From Acanthaster planci (lineage: Eukaryota), in assembly GCF_001949145.1 (NCBI RefSeq), contig NW_019091355.1, forward strand, positions 2,648,646 through 2,712,645: DNA of 64,000 nt. The letters are read 5' to 3'. The position numbers were made by a program, and so were the translations under genes. The notes beneath the pieces are model-generated. The model had not been told where the DNA came from. It did not search any database and saw only the letters and a program-made list of their open reading frames with translations. Shown piece after piece: positions 1 to 14,400 of the stretch (its first letter is position 1; each line of letters begins with the position of its first letter).

Positions 1-3000
1 GCCATGTTGGGGAAATCAGACACAAATTGCATACTTGACACTCATGTTTTGTCCGCTGTCTTGTCAAAAAAGTTGGCCTTTTGTTTTTCATTGGCAGATC
101 ATGAGGTGACAGAAATTTTGTTTGGTCAAGTTTTATGCATCACAATTTTAACATGCTTTATGTATACATGTGTGATTTGTTTTTTTCAAGTTCTGACAGT
201 TTGGTCGTCACATTTCATGTGTCCTAGGTAAAGTGATAACATTTTTTTTTTATTAACATTAGAGTCTTCACGTGCGGTACACATGTACATGTGGGATTTT
301 TACTGCATTATCTTGTAATTATGTGGCCATTTTGTATACTTTATTCCAAGTGTTTGAATATTTTATTCTCAAATTGTATTTTTAATGGCAGCCATGTTTG
401 ATGAGGATTGTCGTTATACTGATGTCTTTGGACAATTTGGGAACCCTTGAGGTCAAACTTACTTGTAATTTAGAATCCTGACAGCCAATTTCCATGTAAT
501 CTGCCGTCTCTCCCCCGAGGGTCAATTTGTCAATGCGGCTTCAATTTCTCGGCAATGTTTTTTAAATGGATGAGCGGAGGGTATGCGCTGATCAGCAAAG
601 ATGCGTTGTGGCATGCACGCTTTATTCGCCGAGAAACTTTTTGAAATGCAATTGCAAAATGTGCATTGGGAGGATTCATTTTTGCCAGAAACGGAAGCGT
701 CTAGCCGCATCCATAGCCTGCCTCACATCTTGCACATTCCCAGACCCGAAAACCGTCTGGGATGTGTGTCATCTCCTGGCGAGGAAAACCAGTCCATTCA
801 TGAGCAATGTTGTGCATGAAGTCTCGAAGGGTACAAATCGATTCTGGCATTGTCCCCTGGAGAACAGGGACACTCCATCATGACTCGTTGATTAAAACCC
901 CGAAATATCTCCCATGGCAGAACACACAGCAGGGCCTCCCCGCGCGCCGAATTCACATGAGCACCACATCATCTTTTTCTCTATTCATTGCTGTCATCCG
1001 TATTGTAAATTTGACATGCATCGTACACTATAAGCAACATTTCTTGGGACTCAGCACCCCAGAATTTCCCTTTTATTGTCTTTCTGCTGCAAACAATCCT
1101 GCCAAAATTAACGTGATTTTTTTTCCCAAGTGTTTCAGGTTTTTTCCCGCTGTAGTTTATTCAGAGTGAGTTTATTTATTTTGTACATTTGCTCTCTCTG
1201 TGTCACAGACGTTACTTTTAAAGTTTCAACAAGTGAAAAAAAGGCACCCAAGGACACAATTTACATCCTTAAAAGGATCTTTTCTCAAAATATGTACATG
1301 TACATGTACGTCATCTCTTGAATTGAGCACACATGTTCCAAAAGAACATCAAGTGGATTCCAATGATCAGTTTGAGATGTGTGCCGTGTTCCCTCAGGTT
1401 TCTTAGCTGCAAATGAGTTGGAATATTTGGTGTGCCATTTGTCCTCTTTCAACTGGACATCATAACATTGCATTATAAAAATCAGTGTAACTCCTTTGGA
1501 AATATCTTATATCTGTGATGTGGAAAATACATTAAGCAATGGTAATGCTGTGTGTGCAGAAAATCATTCTCAAATCATGATATTCATTTTTCCCCGTTTC
1601 CACTTGACCATATTGGGGATGCTTCGATCTGAAGAGGTTCTTTTGCCGGACAGGTGATATTGGATGTTGTGATAGCGGCGTGATGCTGCACTTTTGGATG
1701 TGCGTGTACCAGTTTAACTGGCTCCCTCCAGTCGCCAGACATATCATGCAGGAGGACTTATTGGCCAATAATGAAGCCCCTTTTGCGTCGCGACGCTTGC
1801 CCGAGAAAGCGACCAATAACGGAGGAACTGCCGCTAGGGGATTTGCTAGGGGGCATATGATAAACGATCGGCTGTACCCTCCTGGTTTATGCTCCATAAA
1901 CCCTGATCTAGATTGCAGATAGTCTGGATCGATTGCTTAGAAACGACCAACTTTTTTCACTTTTACCGTTAACTGAAGAAAGTTTAGTTACGGTATCTGA
2001 AGACCGAGAATTTTACCTCTTGCCAACAGACTAAAAAACTGAATTTATCGCAGAGCAGTTACTTTTGCATTTGTAATATTAGTGTTGGGTTCATTTCATG
2101 TTAGACTTTGTTTTAAAATACATTAACAAAAATACACTGGCAACCCAAGAGTTGAACAGGTAAGTAAAAAAATCATGAACGGTTAAGAATTGGACAAACT
2201 AGTTATAGATTTACCGTAGTTGAATGGGTGTCCATGATAATGATTAAACCTGTGAAGTCACCCGTGGCAGACATGATGATTTGATTATATACAGAGTATT
2301 TTGAAAGGCAACTTGGAATTCCTTGGTGAGCGTACATCACCATAAACACTGTGTCTTTGGTGTAGTTTGAGGGAGAAAGGAAGAATGTTTGTAGTATTGA
2401 CTCAGCTGTTTCCTTCAAGAAGTATTGGACTTGTTTCTCTGTTTTACTGAAAATACATGATGATGAGGGAACTGGACCAGTTGATTAATGAAGGCAAAGG
2501 ACATGTGTGAATGGTTGTCCATTAATCAACCAAATTCAAGTATGGAGGTAGGCTGACAAAATGACAAGTAAAGTAACAGTGCGAAATTAATTTTGCTTGC
2601 TGTTTTCTCAGCAGGGTACTTTGCAACAGAGATTTGCTTCTTTTCCCATTTTTTTCTTTATTAGCAAAGTATGCTTTTCTCCATCAGAATCACTCTGTTG
2701 TCTGGGCTTATATCGAAATCTGATCGCCACTTCTGGCCAAGAAGACAGAACTCAGGTTTTAATGTTTTAAAGCTTTTATTCAGACAGATATCAATGAAAT
2801 TGTTGATGGGGGGGAATCATCATCAAATATGTCTCCAAAATCAAATGACGTCCTATCAGTGTGCCTGTTGGCATTATTACTCATCGGTCAGGTAGACTTA
2901 CTGATTTTTGTGAATATGGAAGCAATTGGCATTTTTTTTCAAGCCAAATTTCAGCAGCTGCACCTGCCGTTTGAAATCGAGAATCAGTGAGAATTTCTCT

Positions 3001-5619
3001 GAGTCAATAGTTCAAGGACCTGTCTCAGCAACTCAACTCTCACCATCCTGCGATGATCCAAAATGAAAAGAGAGAATACTGAAAATTGCCTTAAAGGAGC
3101 AGCAGATGAGCTTTTAAAGTGGTGGTCTAAAATCAGTGCTTCTCGATTTCGTCTAGGAAAATGAGTTAAGCATAATTCAAAATAAGCTAGCACCCACTAT
3201 GGTGTGCAGAAAATTACATTGACAGCAGAGCATTGAGGACTGTTAGCATTAACTGGTCATTCTTGCCGGCAGATTGATTGTCCCTGCTTCCATTTGGGGG
3301 GCACTGGTGTCTTTTATCAAAATGATACGGACTACGTGTGCCTTTAAGAAGGTTCTTTCGTTCCCGGCGTACTAGTTGTAATTAATATTTTAGTTCAGGT
3401 ATCGTGTATCTCAGACTCATTAACCTCGCTGGCCGCCGCCCGAAAATCAATCCAGATTTTTTTTTACCGCGAGGACTTGGACAGCCACGGAGAAAGATTT
3501 ACACCGGGAAGAAACAAAAATCAAAGGCTCCCAGCAGATTGCCTTTGAAGAGCTCCCCCCCCCCGACTTCAGGACAGCCCAAGCCTTTGGAAAGGAACTG
3601 TTTCTTTTCTCTGTAGAAAAACGAACTTGCCGAAGATGAGCCACAACTCAATAGAAGCGTATGGTACATGATGTATGCACGACCTTATTCGTGTAGCTAG
3701 CCTGCTACTGATGTGCAAGGAGGACTTGAGTGGAAAAGTTGGAAATAATCCCTCTCTGGAGCCTGCGGTAGCTAAGTTTTGTAAGGCATAAACAACATTT
3801 CATCACTGTCTGATAACAGTACCACGGTCAAGCATTCAGAAATCTGATAACGAGGATTTTTATCTTCTACGGTTGTATCTGACCGACACTGCGAACATGG
3901 AGGGTCAGAGTTTAACGAGTGTCTAAATTTCCTTGAAAAGCAAGCAAAGAGAAATACATCATAAGCCTTTACAGTACAAGTGAAAAAAGTGCCAGAAAAC
4001 TAAAGATTCATGTTACAGTTGCTATTTTTCAGCTTTATTTTCAGCCTTTTTTTTTTACATTGGCCAGTCATTCCAGTTACTGAGTTTGCTGTGCTCTCCC
4101 TATTTTCTCCTCTTGTTGTTAATCTTGTTTCGACAAACCACTTAATTCCATCCAGGGTATTTTGTCAATAAACCTTTTTTTGATGTGACAGCCCTCCCCG
4201 TAAAACTCTTACAGATAGAGGTGCTAAAACATTCAATTTACCCGTTACAAACAGAAAGCTTGTGTCTCTTTCCGTGTCTCCTTTTTTCATTCTGTGTTTT
4301 TTTCCCGAGGCCTACGCTCGGCTTTCATTTACCCTTTACTGCCATCTGAGATTTCTGCACTGCACTCAGTGCTTCCTTTCATTTGGAGCACGGAGATTTA
4401 TCATGGTAATGAAAAGAATGGAGTGCTTCCCCCGTTATTACGCCGAGCCAGCCTTCCAGGCAGCTGACCCCAAAATTTTACTTCTATGGAACCCTGGGCG
4501 GCCAAAGAAAAAGCATACAGAATGGGACGTACAGATCCATGAAGTGAATTGTGGGAAATCTCGGTTGTGTGTGTGAGGGGGTATAAAATGGAAATAATTG
4601 GCGTCCATCTCATGAGACTCTCTGGTAACAACTTGATGCTGCTTATTGTATCCTTGGGGACTATCAAGTGAAATGTGTATAACTCCGAACTATCTTGGCC
4701 GCTGGATTGATTTGAAAATCTTGGAGGTGCTGCAAGGTGGCTACTAGTCTGCTAAATTGTAAAAGTTGTCAGGCTGTTTTTGGTGACACAGCATACAAAT
4801 GCATCGCACGACAGAAAAACTCGGGAAGCGAAGCACTTTGCCTACTTACCATATTGTCAACCACCCTGTGCAAGTTGACTGCTGATCAAAAGTCTAGACC
4901 CTCTTGCTAGTAATTTCACTCACATCATGTTGGATAAAACCTTTATAAAAACCTTTTATTATGATCCTGGTATTTACCAACCGCTGGCTGATTAAATCGT
5001 TTAATTCATCTCCCTCCTGTCTGACCTATCCTCCGGTATTTTTGCTCCTTTTTCTCCGCCCATCGCTGGAAGGGTAACACGATCCCCGTCTCTCAGTGTC
5101 GGGGTTGCCCCCCCCTTCATTCTCTTTGATTGCTTTTCCCCGGACAGCAATGAAAACTGGCCGATGATGAGGAGAATTTGATGGAGAAGTCACCCTTTGT
5201 GGTGCTGCATAATGAAGGATCCACAGCAACTACGGGTGTGTTTGTCTAATTTATGCGTGGGAGAAAAATAAACAAAAGTACTCAGGACATCCAACCATTT
5301 TAAATGTTAACTACCAGGGCAGAGCGGCTGGTAGATTTCAATCCCAGTACAATATTTTGACGTTATCACAAGCTGTATCTGATTAAGACCTGCACTTTTT
5401 AAACTTGCACGTTTAAGAGTACACACTGCAAAGTGACGCTCCCTGTTGCACTATCAATAAAGTGCGATGTTTTGCTTTTGGAGTTCTTGGCTGTAAGTGT
5501 CCTGCCTGTTTTTTTGCTGCTTGCCTGTCATTATTTTAGTCTGAATTATGTTTTTTGTGTATCCTACCGGTAGGCTGTTTTCCCGTGGTTTGTGTGTCTT
5601 TCATTGTCAGTTTTCCATT

Positions 5620-5860
5620 CTCTCTCTCTCTCTGTGCTGATCTGTTACTCCCAACATGTCTGCCTGTCTGTCTGTGCTCCCAAGCAGCCATCCTGATTGT
5701 AATTTGTTCTTGCCAGTCTCCATGTTAATTTTCTTGGTCTCCATCTGTCTGGGTCCTTGTCTTCCTGCCTTGCCTCTGTGTGTGTCTCTCAATATCAATC
5801 TTTCTCCGTCTCCCTGCAAATCTGTCAGTCTCAACTTATCAGTCTGTCTCTGTCCCCTCA
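5620..5860. repeat. Degenerate (TC)n/(TCTG)n low-complexity tract
   Basis: Pyrimidine-rich run with repeated tctc and tctg units. Confidence 0.6.
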
Positions 5861-8800
5861 TGTCAACCCGATTGCTTGTCCGTCTTGCTGTGCCATTAGT
5901 TGGTTCATTTACCCACCTCTTTCTCTACTTCAGTCCCTTTTCTTACTGGCTCGCGCAACCAGGCATGTGACTTTTCCTTAGATCAGTTGATTTCCTCATT
6001 TCTCACTTCCTTATCATGTCATTGAAAACTAAAAAACACTGTACAAAGTCCTGTGAAGATTGGCGTTTTCTTGGTTTTGTCAAAGTCCAAGTTGCATGCC
6101 TGCTCAATTTGATGTTTGATGCCTATGAAGAGAGACATAGCTGCATTGTGTTTGTTCAAACACCTTTGGACATCAAGGCAACAGTTTTGCATGATACTCA
6201 AACATGTAAAGTAATCTGCATGTCCAATTAATGTGATCAGGTGCCCAGACTTAATTGCAAAGGTGCAGACATGTAGTGGATGGTTCCGTGTTGAATTTCT
6301 ATCTATGGACTCGGTACTGGCCATAATTTTTTCATTGTTAAAGACAAGAAGTTCAAAACTTGATTACAACAGCATTTTGATTACACCTTCCATTTTTGTC
6401 GTCGAGATTTTGTCGAGATTTACAGACGTCATTGTGGGTTTCTTTCAGTCTCTAACGGTTTCACCGCCTTCCAATCAGAACGGGAAAATTTTTCCATCTG
6501 AATTAATTCGGAGAAAATCTCTAGCGGTGAAAGAGTGGCCGCTATTTTCATGCATCAGAATTATGAACCATGATCCAGTCATTTTTTAATCATGAGACAC
6601 CATTCCTTACATGTCGACCTCTATGTAGCTGTATTGTGCTGTTGCACAGTAATTTTCGTTATTCTGAAAGCTGCTCACATGTCTTGGTGCAGTATGTTCC
6701 ATTTTTGTCAGTTTTTGGAAGCTTGTTCTAACCTCCTTCTGAGGTTGTCCTTGTAGCTGCCATTTTCTGTCTGGTGTGTTGAGGACAGAAGGTAATATTT
6801 GATGCGTCTTATATTTCCTGTATTCATATAATGTGGTATTACAGTAAATGTATGTGGATATTTGAATTCACTAGCTTTACCAATATTTTGGCAAATTCAG
6901 TGACCTGCTGTAGTAGACATGTTATGGAAAATTGGATTGCTTTGTTGATGACGAGTTTTATTCATCATTGAAGATACAATGTCATGCTACATGTATAAAT
7001 TGCTTATGGCATTTGACCCATATTTCAGGAATCCAATTAAACCCTTGTGAGGGTAAAAAGTTGAAAGACAATTTACCGACTACTTCTTTGCAAACGACTT
7101 GATCATTTAGGGGATTCAGTTGTTGTGATGACTAAGTCAAAATGAGGCAGAGACGACCACAAGGTGAAGATTATCATGAAGCCAGCGTATTGATTTCTGC
7201 TTTTGATTGGTGATATAAATGTGCATCCAGAGGATATGCAGAACGTGTCAGGACTCAGCGTCTCGTTCCCTGACTCCTCTTTGTGTTATTGATTTGGCCT
7301 GATCGCCCAGGGCATTGTTATGCTAAAGGGCGATAATAAATGCTTAATTAATATTTCGGAATTGGTCAGGCACACGTCTTTACATTCTCATGTTTGAAAA
7401 GGGAATAGTAGATGAAGACATGGAAATAATCACATTTCAATGGCAACATTTTGCTGTTTTCTTGCCAGAAATTTTCAACTGAATTTGAGAGGTAACAAAG
7501 TCTTTGACAAGATGAAGTATTTGCCTTTGTGGACGTGGATTGTTTTTCGAAAAGCATAAGTATGAACTACACAGCAAAACACAAATGTTTGGTATTTATG
7601 TGTTTAAAAATATTCAATCATAAGTTGATGTTTCTTCTTGTGCACATTCATGTGCAATATGCGTCAGCTCTATTATTTTGGAAGTTTAAATTAATAATGC
7701 TTTGTGGCGTTCACACACTGTTTGACACGGTTGCTTAGAGGCATCTAAATTCTGACGACTTCCTATTTATTTCTATTCACATAGTCTTTTCAGCTTAAGT
7801 TGGGTCAAATTGCAATCCAATTTTGCATTTTGTGATTTCGACTTGGCAAGTCGTTTGTGGTGTGAATGCAATTAGATCGAAGACGGAGGATAATTCACCG
7901 ACCTGCCCAAAGCACCATTGCACAATTGGTATGCTCTAGTTATTAAACGGTTTCTCCGGGCCCTCATATTCCGAGCAATTTTCCCAGTACGGGTGCCCAT
8001 TTGCAGAGCCTGCCTTTGTGTGTTTCTCAAGCGGAAATCCTGCAGCCTTATCGCGATAGCAAAATCTTATTCAGAGACTGTTTTTGCTGTTTGGTTGACA
8101 TGAACTGGAACAAGATTATTTTTTTCTGCTCAAGCAATTTTCTTGGATATGAATACTTTAAATCAACAATCACTGTTGCCCTTTTCTGTTGGAAAACGTA
8201 ATTAAAAAATGTTTGAGAAATTAGCGGTCTGGTATTGGATAGAATTACATTTTTTTAACGAGGAAAGATACCGAAACATTGGTAAGGTCGTGTCTATTCA
8301 TTATTCTGTTCTGAGAAATTTCCTTGGGACTCCAGAGTTACATGTATGACTTCAGAAAAGTTACAGAATTTTATGTGAGCATTTCATTTATTACCCAAAC
8401 ACACATGTTTACAAGTCAGAGAACAGATTTTTGTAGCAAGAATACAGCAGTTGCCAAAAGGACTGTGATGTATTGGAAATTTAAACTCTACCGCCACCTG
8501 TCCTTTGGTTTGTGGCTAAGCTAGCATGTATTTCTGATTTGTTGAGAGGTGGACATCACCTCTGTCTGGCCTCACTGGTCATTGGGTTGAGCGTGAGAGT
8601 AGACCATTGAGACAACGGCTCTCCTCATGGAGCAGCATCTCTCTTCCAGTAATTGGCTGATGATTGGAAGAGTTGGGAGAATGGAAATCAAAGGAAATGA
8701 AGCTGACGTGGAATCAAGTCCGCAGGTTAAGCAGACTGAGACTCCCAGCGGAGGCAGACGAGTGCGTACTATTGCAGGTTGTTGTTCGTTCAAATTGTGG

Positions 8801-10496
8801 TCACTTGTTCTCATCAGGTCTCTCGGACCAATTTCCCAAGTTAGAAACTGTCCTCCGTGGGTGGACAAACACATGTATGCATACAATACACGCTGCAACT
8901 TGGGGGTGTATTAAAGGGAAAATATCCGTGATGTTGAATTGAAAGGTCAAGAGAGTTGTTTCCAACAGGTGGTTGAAAGATGAGCACTCTACAAGCTAAG
9001 ATGATCTCTGAGGAACTTTCCTCACATTTGTTCCTGCTTGATTTGTTCAATCAAACTTATCCAGAAGATCCCTAAACATTAAATAGATAGAGATGGGAAC
9101 GTGATGATTTTTTGTTCATTTCCAAGAAGTCGATATATTTTGCCGACATCCAAGGAAGTAAGTTCCGTCTTCTGCTTCATGCAGCCACGGATCCTCAGCG
9201 AGTCCGCTCGGATTGCTGTATTCCAATGCCCAAACCAACGCAAGTCAGGGCCCCAGGCATAGCACCAGTACATGCTCCAGCACGGCTCTGGCACAGGCTA
9301 AGCTTGGAGGAGAAAGGGGGGGGGAAGAGACACTGCAGCACAGACTGTCTCAAGACGATGCAACCCTTTGATCTTGTCTGGGTCTGCTTGTATCGGACGC
9401 TCCTTGAGGCAACGAGCAGCAAGTCAGTTGCACAACTGAAGAGAACACTTGAGGACGGAGGAGAAAATGTTTTAGATCTCGTAGCCGCCGTGACCTAACC
9501 GTCATTGATTGGGCACTTATCTAAGTTCGGTGGAGTGCCAAACTGAGTCCCATGTGTAATTGTGGGATTTGATTGAACGAGATTTATTGGAGTGAAATAA
9601 TGTCCCTTGAAATAAAAGTGTGATGACACAGATTTGGAGCCCTTCGCGTGCATGTAAATTTATTAGCATATGCATACCTAATTTCGAAAAAGAGAAAGCA
9701 AAGAATATATGATGATATTACGTTCGGTTCTTCATCCTTTTCAGTAAAAGAAATTGCAGTCAAAACCAAGAATTATTCCATTGAATTGTTTTGGAAGATT
9801 TCAATATTACATCATTCAGCCTAATTTCTTCCCTGTTCAATTTGACAAAGAAATCCACCGCTTCAGAAACAACCACACCAGTTCTTGGTTACGACCACCC
9901 CCCTGCTTCCTTGTTCTAAAATCGCACACCGACAACCCTACAATCGTTGTTGGACTTGTTAATTGAAATTGACATGTGTATCACGAATCTCAATGCATTC
10001 TTTGCAGCTTCACTTTAATTCATGCCTTCATGCGGAAGTTTTGGCAGTAGGAGTTAAATAAGCTTGAAAAAAAAATGGCCTCAAAAAGTTGATTTATTTG
10101 GCCAGATCCATTGGCCTCCCCTCCCCCCTGCGCCGGGTGTTGCAATAACAACACCCTCCCGGCGGGTAATTGTCGATGTGCAAACGTCTAGATCTCAGCT
10201 CTTCCGCTCAATATCTGCATCAACTCAGACCAGCTCCGAACAGCGAGGAGACGGAGCAATGTGAAGCTCCGTGATTTTCTCCCGATTAAATTAAATTTAG
10301 CACCGCAGAAAGGTGCGCACGTAATCGCGCAGCTGAAGTGATGGCTAAATTTGTTGTGATCCCAACACGGATTGATGTGCTCTTCAAGGTGCAGTCATGT
10401 ATCGCATATGGACAAATTGCAAGATGTACATGGACGATTCAATATAATTTGCCTTTCTGTCTCTCATTATGATGATTATGCTGATAAAGCTCACAC

Positions 10497-10710
10497 ATAA
10501 ATTAACAGAAATCCAGTCCACAGAACAATTAACATGTCCACACAATAATTGATAGAAGTCTCCAGAAGAATTAACAAAAGTCCGTAGAAGAATTAACAGA
10601 TGTCCACAGAATATGTCCACACGAGAATTAACAGAAGTGCCCACAAGAATTAATAGAATTCCACACAAGAACGAGCAGAAGTCCAGAGAAGAATAAATAA
10701 AGTCCATAGA
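10497..10710. repeat. Degenerate minisatellite with a unit of about 22 bp
   Basis: Roughly nine head-to-tail variants of AGAATTAACAGAAGTCCACACA. Confidence 0.8.
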
Positions 10711-11237
10711 AATCTGCTCCAGAAGTGATCAGTGGTGTCTTTGTTTCCTGTTCTAAACTGTGCGTCCTTCTTTGCTTCATGATGAAGTATCTGAACCAGA
10801 AATAAGGTCTGCCCTTTGTCTCATTGTCCTACCATAATTGGTGATGAAATGAGGTCGGACGGAGAACTGTGATGCAGACGTCCAGACCGACGAAACCTCT
10901 CTGCCTCTCAGCTTTCCATGATGGGAATAATAACATATGTAATTGTGTCACCACATATTGGGTTGTCAACTTCTGTGATATTTGCATCCATTTCTCATTT
11001 ATTTGGTCGTTTGATACATTTCAGACATTCCTAGGGATGTAATTGTGGATGGATTCAAGCATTAAAGCAGAGCTGGAGGAAAGTTACTATTGTGCTATGT
11101 GTATTGGGTTTGCAGGAAACTCAAATCTATTTCAGGCCTTAAGCAATGATATCTCTGAAATTAAGAACACAAAAATATCAATTAAATATTAATCAAATGT
11201 CATTTTTTCCCTTCTCGTTTTGTGGGTTTTTTTCCAG

Positions 11238-11406
11238 AAATTTGCGCTCTTTCTTGCGACCACGGGGAGTTGAATGAGAAGAACTGCGAATGCCAGTGTG
11301 AGGGGGGTTGGGATGGGTTTACATGTAACATCCCTCTGCTAGTGGCAAACTCTTCCATCCCGTGCAACTTGGACTGTGGAGAGCATGGCAGAGTATTGTC
11401 TGACGA
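11238..11406 (+). CDS. EGF gene exon A (compact EGF1 and first half of EGF2)
   Basis: tttccag acceptor; ICALSCDHGELNEKNCECQCEGGWDGFTC...CNLDCGEHGRVLSD; ga|gtaagt donor; phase 1->2. Confidence 0.9.
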
Positions 11407-14400
11407 GTAAGTGTATTATAGTCCATATGACCAAACAATTGGAATGAGGCACAATACAGTGCACCCCCAATAATATTATCCCCCTAACGGTGCACACCAT
11501 ATTTCTACAGTTTATAAATCTAAAGGTCTCAAAGAAACAAATAGTAATTGAATTTTATTTCCATGTGTGTTTTGTTTTGTAATTGTCTTAAATTTGGGAT
11601 GCCAACAAATCTTGGAAGCATTTTAATTAAATAATCCACATGTAATTTTAAGATGTTGGATTTATATGTCATATACACTTGTATGTGTGTTTTTGTTGGT
11701 TTTTTTTATATATTTTTTTTTAATATTTTTTGTTCAATTTTGTTTTGTCTGTTCTTGTCATAGTCAAATAAATGATAATAGTTGTCAGTTTGTGGACCAA
11801 ATACTTGTTGTGCAGAATTGAAAAGATCTTGACAAAGCCGTAAATTGCATTTTACCATAATGTTCATTGTCATTGTTTCTTCCTTTGACAGATGCAAATG
11901 TTCCTGTGATGATAACTATGTTGGAGAAACCTGTGGTATCATGTGTGACAAGACATGTGGAGACCACGGCACACTGGACCATGACACGTGTTCCTGTCGA
12001 TGCGACGACGGTTACTATGGCGATGCATGCCTCAGTGAGTTTGACCTTTCATCCGGTGACGGCGGCGGTATCACGGCAGGTGCACACATCAACCAATCAA
12101 ATCTCTCCGTTCTTTTTGTCCTCTCAACTGTCTCGGGTGAATCATCTGTCCCCCTCTGCTGTTCGTGTCTCAGATAGTTAATTTTGCAACTACGAAATAT
12201 GCAAATGAGCTATTTCTGCTGTCTACTATAGACCCCTTGCAGTTGGTACTCGGTAATAGTTACATTAACATTGCAAGGAACCGTTGAAAAAACGTGAAGT
12301 GCAGTCCCCCTTTTACATGTTGTAGACTAATACCTGTGTAAAAGTCAACGTTATGTAGATGATATAAAAAAATCTGCAGAAATATCAAACAAGCATGAAA
12401 ACAAATATGTAACAGTTTGCTCCAGAAGTCCTTAGGAAAGTTCTAGAATGACAAAATATGCATGCCTGCTAACGTTTCTGCCCCCAAAAAGGTCTCACCA
12501 TTCAGGCACGTGATTTGATAATAAAATCAATTTTATCTTTCAACTTAAAAGTGCACCAGATTACCACCATATTTATCTGGCGATGAACTGTTACACAGTA
12601 AAGTCCATTTCAGTTCCATCTCATTGTTCCACTGACAAGCCATCATATATAGTGTTCAAGCAAAAAAAGAACAATTTTGCAATGTTTGTGACAAAGATTT
12701 TCCTTCCGAGCAGTTCTTGAAATGAAAGAATCAAACTTGAAGAAGTTGGGTCCAGTGACACACAATACTGGTTTCACCTGAATCCAGAAAAGTATGCCCC
12801 TGCTAGCACTCCCAAAAGTTAGATTGTTCAAATGTGCACCTGCTTCAAACTGCTGTAGTTTAATATTAATTCAGCATTTATTTGCATAAATTAACAAAGA
12901 GGAGAAAATATCCCAGAGGTTTTCACCATTCACGGTGAACATCGGTTGGCGTATGGATTGGAAAAAAAATTCTCTGATTGAGTGGAATGTGCCGTGCCAA
13001 TCTGTGCAATTTTAGGAAAATCTCATATGGGATATTTTCTTCCAAGAAGATTGCAAGTGGTCGTGGGCTAAAGCAGAAATGCAGCAAAGTCCAAATGACC
13101 GCCAATGCCATTTGCAACCAAAGAGTATATTTCACCGAGCTATGGTTGTTGTCCTTGTTGTTTTTCAGGCTGAAGCAGGTATGTATGAGAGTGAATATTT
13201 TTTTCGAAATGGCCTCTTGGCATGTTCCTGCAAGCGGAAAAAAAGGGAAAGGGTCTCACTTTCCTGTTACAGTCACAGATTTAACCCAGGCATATTTGCT
13301 TTTTTCCGCCACCCTAAATACTGAGTCATTTGGAACGTTATCTCCCCTATCAACAGCCTCATTTGACTCGTCCGCTGTTTGTCTGTTGATGTTCGTTTGG
13401 ATTTCCTTTTCCCTTGTCTCTCACCTTATCTTTCGACCCTCTTTCCTTTCCGTTAATGGTCTGCTTCCCATCATCCTCGCCTCTTTTTTGAATCAGTCAG
13501 GCTTTTTGGACTAACGTCCTCACACTTGCTAATCTGTCTTCTGTTTTTTTTTATAGAGAAGCAGTATTTTGTTTTCAGAAATAAACAGAAGTACAAGGGG
13601 TTTCACAATTGAACACGGAGATGAAACGCAGCCAGAATTTATCTCTTTTCTGAAGTGAAATACGTTTTTTTTCGGTGCAGAGGTGTGACTTTATAGTGTA
13701 GGTAATAAAACGTTAGGTTCAGCTCAGGAAATTGGCCGAGAATGGGCCAGGCAGTCAAACATATATCACCTCTTTGTTTTCGTCTCAGTCCTGGGAAGAC
13801 AGGAAATGGTTGCCATCATTGCTTCACGGCTCGGCTCAGAGCCGGCACAGAAAGCAATCAAAAGAACCATGGTCGTCAGTTATTGTTTGCCTGCTAACAA
13901 GAGAGGACTGGAGCAGCTTAATGCTTGGCAAAGTGATCGTGTGGGATTTTGGCCTGATTGTTGGCACAGTGTTTCAAAAAACAAACTCTAATGCTGGGCA
14001 CTTCTCTCCTTAACATTTTCCTCGTGTCTAGTAACTGATGTCAGTCTTGACTTTTAAGTTAGTGGTTGTCCAACATGGCTGGACGGTTACACTTGTAGTC
14101 CAGTCTACACTTTTGAAGCTGGCACCATGGTGGCGCCAACCAGTTGAAGACTTCAATATTTTTCGCATTCTTTTCCCTTTCTGTGTCTATTCATGCTTCC
14201 ATACCGTCTCCCTTTTTGTCCGAGTTTGTGTCGGTGAGGTTTGTTCACATAATGTAGAGGCTGGAGCTAGCCCCCCATTTCCTGAGGATTGGCATACATT
14301 TCTTAATTGGCTTTTACAGGAATCACTAATAGCCAAATGGCAAAAAAGCTAGGTGCTGCTAGATCTAAATTTCATCCCCTGCTGGGGGGGTCATATAGGT

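Noticed and set aside
10497..10710. Regularly repeated motif as a possible CRISPR array, and overlapping ORF 10384..10707
   Set aside because: Units are degenerate and head-to-tail with no unique spacers, there are no cas genes, and the context is eukaryotic. The ORF is a by-product of the minisatellite.
12978..13514. 178-aa ORF in an EGF gene intron
   Set aside because: No EGF-like Cys pattern or recognisable domain, and not needed for phase continuity.
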